Notes under the pieces: model-generated
Database searches by the model: none
The model's input: only the letters and a program-made list of their open reading frames with translations
Told to the model about the DNA's origin: nothing
Position numbers and translations under genes: made by a program
Shown: one piece after another, positions 24,601 through 36,600 of the stretch
How the letters are laid out: each line of letters opens with the position of its first letter
Position numbering within the stretch: the stretch's first letter is position 1
From: Lingula anatina
Lineage: Eukaryota > Animalia > Brachiopoda
Reading direction: 5' to 3'
NCBI GenBank assembly: GCA_051362555.1
Contig: CM120640.1
Coordinates: 54,476,788-54,540,787, forward strand
DNA: 64,000 bases

Positions 24601-27600
24601 GTCCATAGTTACTATTGAAGTTGAATAGGAAGTCATATACTGGCAATCTTACTATGACCTTGAAAGTGACCTTTGACCTACTTTTCACCATGAACTGAAC
24701 TTTGCAAATTTTTCTTCCCTTTTATCTCCAAAACTGGCAGAGATAGGTCCATAGTTACTATTGAACTTGAATAGGAAGTCATATACTGGCAATCTAAATG
24801 TGACCTTAAAATTGACCTTTGACCTACTTTTCACCATAAACTGAACTTTGCAAAATTTGCTTCCCTTTTATCTCCAAAACTGGCAGAGATAGGTCCATAG
24901 TTACTATTGAACTTGAATAGGAAGTCATATACTGGCAATCTAAATGTGACCTCAAAATTGACCTTTGACCTACTTTTCACCATAAACTGAACTTTGCAAA
25001 TTTTGCTTCCCTTTTATCTCCAAAACTGGCAGAGATAGGTCCATAGTTACTATTGAACTTGAATAGGAAGTCATATACTGGCAATCTAAATGTGACCTTG
25101 AAATTGACCTTTGACCTACTTTTCACCATGAACTAAATTTTGCAAATTTTGCTTCCCTTTTATCTCCAAAACTGGCAGAGATAGGTCCATAGTTACTATT
25201 GAACTTGAATAGGAAGTCATATACTGGCAATCTAAATGTGACCTTGAAATTGACCTTTGACCTACTTTTCACCATGAACTGAACTTTGCAAATTTTGCTT
25301 TCCTTTTATCTCCAAAACTGGCAGAGATAGGTCCATAGTTACTATTGAACTTGAATAGGAAGTCATATACTGGCAATCTAAATGTGACCTTAAAATTGAC
25401 CTTTGACCTACTTTTCACCATAAACTGAACTTTGCAAAATTTGCTTCCCTTTTATCTCCAAAACTGGCAGAGATAGGTCCATAGTTACTATTGAACTTGA
25501 ATAGGAAGTCATATACTGGCAATCTAAATGTGACCTCAAAATTGACCTTTGACCTACTTTTCACCATAAACTGAACTTTGCAAATTTTGCTTCCCTTTTA
25601 TCTCCAAAACTGGCAGAGATAGGTCCATAGTTACTATTGAACTTGAATAGGAAGTCATATACTGGCAATCTAAATGTGACCTTGAAATTGACCTTTGACC
25701 TACATTTCACCATGAACTAAATTTTGCAAATTTTGCTTTCCTTTTATCTCCAAAACTGGCAGAGATAGGTCCATAGTTACTATTGAACTTGAAAAGGAAG
25801 TCATATACTGGCAATCTAAATGTGACCTTAAAATTGACCTTTGACCTACTTTACACCATAAACTGAATTTTGCAAATTTTGCTTTCCTTTTATCTCCAAA
25901 ACTGGCTGAGATAGGTCCGTAGTTACTATTGAACTTGAATAGGAAGTCATATACTGGCATTATAAATGTGACATTAAAATTGACCTTTGTCCTACTTTTC
26001 ACCATAAACTGAACTTTGCAAATTTTGCTTCCCTTTTATCTCCAAAACTGGCAGAGATAGGTCCATAGTTACTATTGAACTTGAATAGAAAGTCATATAC
26101 TGGCAATCTAAATGTGACCTTGAAATTGACCTTTGACCTACTTTTTATCATGAACTGAACTCTGCTAATTTCTTTCTCTTTTAACTTCAAACTTGACAGA
26201 GATAGGTCCATAGTTACTCTTGAACTTGAATAGGAAGTCATATACTGGCAATTTACTGTGACCTTGAAATTGACCCTTGACCTACCTTACGAAGAACTTA
26301 AATTTGATTGTACCATATATATTTTTTGCAATAGTTTAAAAATTCTTGTTGATTGCATTTTTACAGCTTGTCAAGCACAAAACTGGTGGCTATGTCCCTT
26401 ATTTTGTGTATGTGGGGGTCTATACGAATGCGCTTGCTCCAGCTGGTGGTACAATATTCGGAGGCGGTATCGCCTCTCTGATCCTCTAGTTTTATTGTTG
26501 CTTTTACAGTATTGAAACTTAAATAATTTATCCCTCTGCCCTATAGAACAACTAAGTTGAAGAGAGATGTATTGTCCTAAAATGCCTTACATTTTCAAAG
26601 TCAAAGCTTACCTAGGTTTGGAGTATATGTCAACAAAATTCAGGATAAGATGAAATTTAAAATCATGAGAACAATAAAATTCTATCATTGTAGAGCATCA
26701 GTGAGCTTTTAAACTATTTGAAGTCAAAAATCCTATTAACATTTTTCAGAAGACATTATTCCAATATCCCAGAAAACTTTCTGTCTGTGTCCAGGTGCAG
26801 CAATATGGAGATAGTGAGAAGGGGTGGACTAGTGTTATTCTGTGATTATGTGGTAAGCATTTTAAGTTCTTTTGAATTAGCTTTCAGATTATCTCAGTTG
26901 AAAGATTATTTTAATTTGTCAAGTGCAATATTATTTTAACTTAGTTAAAAGGCATTTTAATGGTGATCAGTTAATGATTATGAAAAACCAATTTCAATTC
27001 TGTACTAATATTCATCATTTTTAGTGTGAAAACCTGAATGATGCAGAACATATGACATGGGTGATAATAAACCATGTGAGTGACTTGATAGAGCTTTCAC
27101 ATGAGCCACCAGTGCAGGATTTTATCAGGTAATACTTGATTTTTTATTGGTAAGGTGTGAAGAAACTGATTGTCCAAACTGAAACAAATCTAGACAAAAT
27201 TATTTTAATCAATGAGGGCATTCACAAGTCTAGAAATTTCAAGGGTCAAAACTATAAATATATCTCTTTTTTTCTCTTACCACCATTTGTTATCCAAAAT
27301 CTGCTCCATTTCTGACTCTCAAAGACCTGACTATGCTCATGGACACTATCCACATCTCCACAACAGTATCTTATTGCCCAAATTCTAACTTCAGTGTTCT
27401 TTCACAGCTGTTGTATGTTGTGGTTTGTTGGTATTATGTTTAACCATGTTTGCAGTGCCTCAAGTTTTTTTCATTTTCAAATCCAGTGCAGTTCACAGAA
27501 ACTCTGCAGCCAGTGGGTTATTTGTACAGGCCAAGATGCACTCAAGATGCGACAATTTGGCAATTGTACACTCAAGATGCGACAATTTGGCAAAGGTAAT

Positions 27601-30600
27601 GATTTCTGTTATTACATAGACTAAACTTACTTTATACTATGAAATTTATGTGTAGATATTATAACTATTAATGATATACTTTTGGTAACAGACCGTGATG
27701 ATTCCTCATTTTTAATTCAAAATGTTTGTAAAAATTATAAGATGAATATAATAGACTTAGATTATTAACTTAAAGTCTGTTATTACATGATTATTTTTAC
27801 AGCCTAGTGTAGTAAAGAAGACTCTCCAATGTTTAGAAGCTATTCACCTAAGTCAAAGTGGAGCCCTGCTTACCCTTCTCATAGACAAGTTCCTGCACAC
27901 ATATCATGTGGCTGGTGCCAGGATGTGTGACGCCTTGGCTTGTAGAAGAGTGGAGCTCTTACTGGCAGACAGTGTGCAGGTAAATGTGTAGTCCTATCTT
28001 TTAGATTAAAGACAATAGGGATAAATCAGGATATGAGGAGATAGACTCGTTTTATTTTTCCTTTTGATTATTATGTATTTGATTGGTGATGGAAATTGTT
28101 TTTTCTATAAATTATATTGAAAATATTATAGGCATATATGAATCTTTGAAGGTTGCCTTTATATAAAAATTTAAGTTTGGGTCTTCTGTTCAAGATTCCA
28201 ATTTTGAAAATTACACTGATGAAAACTTAAACTGAATTTTAAGATGGTGTAGTTAACATTGTTGTCTTTTTCCAGGAGTGTAGTAACCAACTACCATTGG
28301 AAGACCTGGACAAACTGCTCCAGTTCATGCAAACTGCTGGGCTGACTAGAAGGTAGGTGACCACTTTCAAGGCATTTTAAGGGTTGTGACTTATTCTAGA
28401 CCATATCTTAAGCCTAGTGTAGTCTGACTGACTTCACCAAACAGCCAGATTTCAAAGGGAACAATTGAGGGAGACTCATCATAACTGAAAATTTCAAATT
28501 CCTTTATAATCAATCTCAGAGTGGTTATTCTCTGACGTTATTATACGGTTGTAACTACTCAGTCAGGCTTTTGTTGTGAAGTCAGATGATGGTATACATA
28601 AATTTGAAACTAAATGTTGTTTATCAGGCATGGACGGCTGTCATCCCTGTTGATGAAGCTGCGTTCAGTGTTGTCACCTCACCAGTCACCTCCACCAGAA
28701 CTCCAGCTCTCACATCCTCTGCAGAGTGGAACAACAACCAGGATGTCTCTTACCAAGGTAGGCATACTTACAACACTAGATTATGTTACATTAACTTCCA
28801 TAACCTACAACCAGGATGTCTCTCACCAAGGTAGGCATACTTACAAAACTGGCTTGTGTAACATTAACTCCCTTAAGTTACAACAAGAATGTCTCCTTTG
28901 CCAAGGTAGGCATACTTACAAAACTGGATTGTGTAACATTAACTTCCTTAAGTTACAACAAGAATGTCTCCTTTACCAAGGTAGGCATACTTACAAAACT
29001 GGATTGTGTAACATTAACTTCCTTAACTTACAACCAGGATGTCTCTTACCAAGGTCTCTGCATTCTTCACATCTCACCCCTTCACTGCTCTATCCAAATC
29101 AGGCCAAGAAAAATATGGGCTTTGACTTAGTACAGCTATTAAAAATGTGAAAATAACTTGAACTGAGAAAAAAAGATTACTTCTTACTTATAATCTTTTG
29201 CTCCTCCTCATGGTTGTCTTTTCATGATAATTTTAGGAGAACTATCTACAGATGGTTAAAGCTGAGTGCTTCAGTGTAGATGCCAGGACAGAAAACTGTG
29301 CGTCTTTCTTGCAGCATCTGGACTACTCTGATATTTTAACTGTGATGATGACTAAGGTAGGAATTTCTTACTGAAAATGAAAGGTTGGTTCAGAGAAATG
29401 AATTGGCAGCTCCCTTAAATAGTTACTCTTATAATTTATCATGCAAAATGGCAATTGAAGTGAGCTAGGATTTTTTTTTACAAATGAATTTTTGATGAAT
29501 ACTTGAGTTAACTTTCTATACAGGATTTCCATTTGGGGATTCTTGAGCAGTGCATATCTATTGGAAGAAAGAACACTTTGCAAAACATGAAAAATCTCCA
29601 GCTAACTGAGAGCACAGAAGACAGCGATTCTCTGCACCCAGTATTGCAGGCATCACAATTAACTCTCCTCAGGCATATAAATAACATCATCAACATGTTA
29701 CCTGTCCCACACCAAGTATTATCCTACAGTGAGAAGCAAACATCGCAAGAGGACAGCTTCCTAGAGAAAATGGAGGACTTTTTCACAGACACTGCGTGGC
29801 TAGAGAATGTCAATCATCTGACTGCAGCTCTGGTGGAGTACATAAAAACCTTGAGATTGCTGCCATGGAAACCTCAGATTCCTGAAGAGTCAGTGAGAGA
29901 TGTGGCCAGGTTTGCTGTTCTTAACATGGAGGTAAATGATATTGTTGTTTTGAGCTGTTGCTCTTTTAACACTCTTTATCATTATCTGTGAATTTTCATT
30001 TCTAGAATTTATCTCTGCATACATTGTTTTGCCTTTCATTGATGAATAGAATGTTCCTTTTCATAATTGCAATAATTTATTTCTCAAGACCTCACTACAC
30101 AAATGTCCCAGCACTGCTTACAAAAATGATTATATGTATTTTGAATTTCCATGCCCCTCTGTACCTGTTATAGCTGATAAAGACCCCAAAGTTCTATTCT
30201 TTAATTTGAATTTTCGGTATTGCATATATCATTAGGGTATAATCAATTTCTTTGACTTTCCCCTGACAGATCGTTCATTGGCTTCTTAATCAAGACCAGA
30301 TCCCAGCCTCTGGACACCTGGAAACTTCCTTGCGGTGTTTCTGTGCAGTTCTGCAGAATCAACAAAGCTTCACTGTGATTGGTTCCACAGAGCATGTGAC
30401 CTGGGTGTGTTCTGTAGTCAGAGCAGTGCATCAGCTGCTTGTCTCAAGTGAGTAGGAAGTGAGAAGATTGAAAAGAGTGGGAAAGAACTTTTGAAAAAAA
30501 CTATTGTTGGCATTTTAAGACGTTTGACTGTTTGCTTGATGACTTTAGTGTGTTTATATGTTCTTTTTTTAAAATTTCATTCTTGAATATAGGATCTAGC

Positions 30601-33600
30601 CTGCAACGTTTAAACTTGTAAAGATTTTAAATTGTATTATAAGCTGAGTTTTCGAAACTGTCAATTTTAATATGACAATAGGGATGTCTGCTTTACTGTT
30701 ACTGGTTATATCTATTGTATTATAGTGGTAGTTATCCCTGGAGAGCAGCTTGCCACCCTCCCCAACCATGAAAATACAGAGGACTCTACTCCTAGACACA
30801 GATACAATGGTAATTAAGTGATGTATTTCCTTCACTTTTTGCACATTTGCAATGAATATTTATATTTTTAACCACTTGCACATAAGGTCTTATGTTGCAT
30901 TCAACCAGAAGAATGTATGTTTAAAGAAGGAAGAGATAAGTATAATTTTTTGTACTTTTTTTCCTACCATCAGATAAATTTATAGTTCTACAGTTAAGTG
31001 ATTTTATACTCCATGTGGTTCTTAATGTTTTAAGATAGATTAAAGTAGAACGAATGCAAAATACTCTGAACAGCTGGATAAGATTCTTATATTGCAGACA
31101 ATACAAAATGCTGTTCTCATGTCTATCATTCTGTAAACTCCTAAATTATTTCTTCATATCAGGTTTCCACCACATTATCCGTTCATGTGATCAGATATCT
31201 GAGCTTCTCCACTGTCTTCGCACACATCTCCGGCCTCGCCATGCACAGGGACAGCTGTCACCTTATGTGTCTGGTTTGTTAAGGAACATTGTTGTCAGTA
31301 TGTATTCACATCTGTCAGATTGGTTAATATTTTAGAAAAAAAAGTTCTAAATACTTATGTAAAATTTGAGGTGCTTTCAGTATTTAGAATTATGGATTTT
31401 ATGATATTAAGTAAGAAAATTGGTCCAGACTTTGCTTTTGTTCTGCTATGGAGATCAAGCTAATGTATTTAAAAAACATATTTCCTATACTTGTGAAGAT
31501 TTTTGATTTATGATAGATTTTTGATTTATGATATTCCATGTGCAGGTTTAGCCAGGCTGCCTCTGGTCAATAGTTATGCTCGCACACCCCCTCTGGTGTG
31601 GAAACTAGGCTGGATGCCTGCCCCTGGTGGAGAGACCAAGACCAAGCTTCCTCCACTGCCTCTAGACTTCTTGCAGGAAAAAGATGTCCTGAGAGAGTTC
31701 ATCTTCAGGGTGAATGTTGTTGGTAAGTTATGCCTCTTTGATGCATACATTGTAATGTTTACAAGGGTGCTAATTTGAAATAAAGAGGATTTGGTTTGTT
31801 GCTTTAAGCTTTGTCATGTAATGTTTTTAAAAACTTCATTATACATCAGAATAATAGTTATATACAAGCATGCGGTCAGATCACAACAATTTATCTCATG
31901 CAGTCTATATTTTTAATGTATTCATATTTATAAAACATATTTCCTATACTTTTTAGGCTGGACAAGTCGGCAGCAGTTTGAGGAGACATGGATGTGTTTA
32001 CTAGGTGTACTGAACCCAGCTTTACTGGAGGAAGAGCAGCATCCAGTGTCTCCAGAGGAAGAGGTGGATAGAACCCAATGCATTGTGTTAGCTGTGCGGT
32101 GTATTACTGCTCTCCTACTGCAATCTACTCTCACTCCAGACCCTGGCAATCCTTGCAATGGAGTTCATGAAAACCAGCCTAGAGACAAACCATTGGCATT
32201 TATGCATACAAGGTATTTTTGCTTCTATACACCACCTACTTGGGTCTCCATCGTCTTATGTACTAAATTTAGAACTAGTTACTGCCACATTGAAACTAGT
32301 GAGATTTCTTTGAGGCAATGTCTGAAAAAAGTGGGAATTTCACTAAGTCCTAGTTTGTTTTTATCATTAATGATGTGTATATTTTAAAAATATTATCTAG
32401 ATTTGTATGTTACGTAACTGCTTTTTAACTAAATTAAGGTGTGGTAAGAGGTTGCTGCTGCTGCGATCGATTATTGAGAGGGATCTCCGCCATCTGTGCT
32501 TACTAAAGTAAGTTGCTCTCAGTTGAAGTGTGCCTATATCTATTAAACCAAGTGAGTTTTTCCCTTATTTACCTGTTTCTTTTTGATTTAGGATTTCATG
32601 AAAGTAAACATTCTTGTGTCTTTGAAGTAGGCAATCATTGCTTAAGACTGCTGTAAACTTTGTTTTCAGGTTCAGAGGTCATACTTCCTTATCTGGTCAG
32701 GAAAGAGATCTCTTTGGTTGTAACCTGGAGAGAGAATTGGGACTTGAAGCATTTACTATGGGGCAGGTAATATGGTGGGAATATAAAATACAGTTCCTAG
32801 GATCTATTGATAGAGATGTTTGGGTCTCTTGTTAGACTTCTGAATGTGATGCTAACATTTAACTCTTCAGACTTAATTGGACTTCATATCCCCAGAGCTG
32901 TAATGTTTATGAATGAAAGGGTTTTTTGTTTACTTCTTATTATTGTTCATAAGTGCAAAATGCTACAGGACTTAGCACAAACATTTTTGAAATAAAGTAT
33001 TTAGGATACTTGCCGAGGGGGAAATCTGTGTGTTTGTGGATGAGAAAGAGAAAGAAATGTGCATTTAAAATTCTTATTGATTTTATTGCATTTTTCATTT
33101 GCAGTTTTGCATTGAATCCATCTGGTCTGTTGTTGGGATGCTGAACTTTAGTGAATCTGGTAGTAGTGAAGATGACCAGGAACTGTCTGTTGCCATGACA
33201 ACCAGAGGACGTTCCTCCAGCCATAGTGGTCTTGACCTCCATTCCTGTGTTCAATTCCTTGTGGACTTGTATGGACAGTGGCTAACTCCTGGAGTGACCC
33301 CTAGAACACCTCTTATGTTGATAAACCAGACCGTGAAGTCAGTAAGTATGCAGCTGCATGGAATTGAGAAGAATCCTGAAACCCAAAACTGCTGAAACAA
33401 TTATTTTGCTGTATTTGGGAAAGCTTAATCACGATACTTTTTTTTGTTAATTTGAAAGGTCATAGGATTAAAAAGGAAAATATTATTGAGATTATGAAAG
33501 TTTTTAAATGAAAAAATTATTTATACCACACAATTATTAATGCAAACATTTTTTCTGTGATTTTATCAGGTTGTTGCTATATCTGACCTGTTCACTGAAA

Positions 33601-36600
33601 GACAGCAGTTTGAGTGGATGCTGGACACCCTGATGGATGTGTTTAAGTGCCACCCCCAGGAAGATGAAGTGACAGTGCAGTACCTGGTGGTGGGGATATG
33701 TAAGGCTGCAGCCATCACAGGGGTGGTAAGATCCCATTGTTTGAGATATTAATAGGGCATTTGGCATCCTGTGCACCTCTCTCATTTCTTATCAAGTTGT
33801 AAAAATGTCCTTCCACAGCATTTATCTAAGCTGAAGTAACAAAGGTAGAAAAGGCATTAGCACATTTTTTGATATATTGTATTGTCTTTATTGTTTCTCA
33901 CCAGACTGGTCAGGAGGCAGAGAAAGTTGAGAAAGTTGTGGAGTCCACTTTGAAAAGTCCCCACATTCCATCGCGTATAGCAGCCCTTCATGGCTGCCTG
34001 TACATTCTGGAGACTGGCATCAATGACCTGAGCCGAGGCATCATTCCTGATATCATGGAGTACTTGGTCAAACAAATGGAGATTATTGGATTGTGAGTAC
34101 CAACATTTGAATAAGGCCAATAGTTGCAACTCAGAAGATAATTTTTCATTTACAGTTGTTATGAATGTGTAAGTTCTTTATAGCCAAGTTGCTGATATTT
34201 CATCAATTTTAAGGCATTGGTTGATTATTAAAATCTGACTCTCAGAAATTTATTTCTTATCATTTTATTTAATTTATGACCAATGTGTTCAGTGCACACT
34301 AACAGAATTCAGTCTTGAGGTAAGATAAGGTCATGTACAGTTGATCCACTATAAACTTTGGATTCCAGGATGACAGTCCACTGTCAGCAGCATCTTCTTG
34401 TGATGTGGTCCACAGCTTTCTTTTTAATTGAAAATTTCCAGGAAGAGATCAAAGATACAGAGTTTGCATCCAGGGTGCTACAGGTGGTGTATCTATCTTA
34501 CCAAAACTAAACTTGATAACTTACTATGTTTCTGAGTCTAGTTTTATTTTAATGTTTGGTACAGTTTTAATATCTTCTGGTTTCATTGAATTGTAATAAA
34601 GAGGAGACTGAGAATGACGGTGCTCAGTGTTTCATTATGAAAGATGTTTAGATATGATTAAATATCAAGTTTATTGTATTGATTATCGAGAGAATGGTGA
34701 AAGTGAATTTGTAATTGTCTCAACAAATTTCCAATAGATCAGGTCTGATTACAATTGTATTAAAAATAGGAAACATACATTATTATGATACGATATAAAC
34801 AATTGTGTCCAGGTTGCAGTATCTCTGGCCACTTCTGGTGAAGATGTGTGTCCATTTGCCGTCTATTTGGTTATCCTCCGTGGTCTAGAGAGACTGGTGT
34901 TGGCAAATGTTATCAGCGGGCAGGACACAGAGTCACTTATCAAACTGGCAGTTGACAGGTAAGGGAAGACTAGGCATACTGTATAACTAATCGGCAGTGG
35001 AAAGGACACTGAATTGAAACAAGTACATTAGAGGATTTTAAAAATTTAGAAGTTTGTTCTTTATATTCCCATGTATTAAAATTTTTAATCACCAGCTATA
35101 GTTGATTACCAATGGTCATTTGGTTATTTTATTATGAGCAAGTTGTTAGGTAAATTTGTCAACTTTTTTTGTCCTGTATCAGGAAATGAATGTGATTTTC
35201 ATTCCTGAACTTGGTGTTTCTTTCACTCAGTGTCACTAATGGGTAATTAAAATTTCATGAGATTTGTTTTCTTTTTTGTTTTAAGGTTATGTCTTCCCAG
35301 TCCGCAGAGAGCACTGGCAGCACTGGGCCTCATGTTGACTTGTATGTATGCAGGTACGAAAATTATGAAACATTGCATTTGGTTGTTTTTACTCCTAAAA
35401 TGGGTAGATCCAGAGAAATTTTCTGACAGTCTTCCAAGTTATCTTTGTTGATCCATCTTCCATTTTTGATCATCTTCTGAGAGAAAAAAATAGATACCCG
35501 ACAATGAAAACTTGAAATATTCTGACTGTCTGGAAGACCCAGAAGATGGCTATCATCTGCCTCTGCTAAAATGTGTATTTTATTTTAGTGTCACAATTTA
35601 TAGCTACGTTTACCTTAATTTTATCCTCTCCTGAACAGCTGCATTCACTGTATTTGTTTCCATTGTCTGTTGTTTTTGCTATAGCTCCCAAAAGTTTTCA
35701 TAACAAGAAATGTTAATTTTCTAGGCAAACAAGGAGACCAGTACACACCTTCAGTTCACAGTGAGACAACATTTTTCATCGAGCTGCCTGCAGAGGTTCC
35801 TGTTCCACAAGATCCGGAGTCTTTGATTGTTGCCATGGAGAGAGTGACTGTGCTGTTTGACAGGTATTTTTGCTGCTGTTATAACTCTTAAGCATACAGC
35901 AATAAAGTCCTATTTTTGTGTCGATTGTTGTATGCTTAAGAAATGGAATAATGGTGTTGATTTTTCTATGATTTTGATTTAATAAAGGCTTTAAATATGT
36001 TGACTTATCAATTTCGTACATGCTAAATATGGCCCAAGTTTTCCTGTGCACCATTGGGAACTGCATGAGCTAAATAATAGATCAATGCCCTATAAGACAA
36101 AAGTGTTTTAAAGATTTATGGGATACCTTCAAACTATTTTAGGATAAGGAAAGGATTCCCATTTGAAGCACAAGTCCTGACACAGATCCTTCCATCTTTC
36201 TTGACCGACTTCTTCCCTCCTCAAGACATCATGAATAAAGTAATAGGAGAATTTCTGTCTAGTCAGCAGCCTCACCCACAGCTTATGGCAAGAGTGGTAT
36301 TTGAGGTAGGTAATGCAGGAACTCGAATATTCTTCTCTCATAGTTTCTCCTTTATTGAGACTGCCATTTCCAGAAGATCACTCTAGGAACAGCAAATGCA
36401 TGTGTGAGTGTATTTTTCTTTTGTATTTCATTTTTTAGGGGCATTTTTCTATAGCTAGGAACATATGAACAATACACCTTCCCATTTTGAGAACTAGCAT
36501 ATTGACAACACTGGATGATTGTCGACAGTTTAGCTGACAAAGTTGAAAACTTTCTTTTAGAATTGTCAAAAGATGCAAAACTGCCCAAATGCTTAAAAGT

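Larger units (their letters stand above)
23415..26490 (+). mobile_element. Non-autonomous Helentron-associated (HINE/DINE-like) element in HTT intron 29
   Basis: Perfect 15-bp subterminal inverted repeats TATTGTACCACCAGC (23415-23429) / GCTGGTGGTACAATA (26442-26456); 5' stem-loop TGTACCACCAGCG..CGCTGGCGGTACA; GC-rich 9-bp microsatellite; internal tandem array; 3' hairpin GAGGCG-GTAT-CGCCTC (26461-26476); ends CTAGT; T-rich flanks; no transposase ORF. Confidence 0.82.

Noticed and set aside
25700-26241. Minus-strand ORFs of 80-101 aa within the satellite
   Set aside because: Chance open frames through repeat units; no transposase or Rep/helicase motifs.
24431-26284. Regular repeat array that could be mistaken for CRISPR
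   Set aside because: Whole 146-bp units are near-identical with no unique spacers, there are no cas genes, and the context is a eukaryotic intron.
28586-29150. Overlapping ORFs with repeated [14 protein letters not shown] peptides
   Set aside because: Produced by the 73/75-bp tandem repeat; only 28628-28757 fits the HTT frame.
32213-32438. HTT intron starting GTATTTTT with CTTTTTAAC near a weak acceptor, a possible second U12 intron
   Set aside because: The 5' site lacks the CC of GTATCCTT and the branch match is imperfect; not supportable without scoring.
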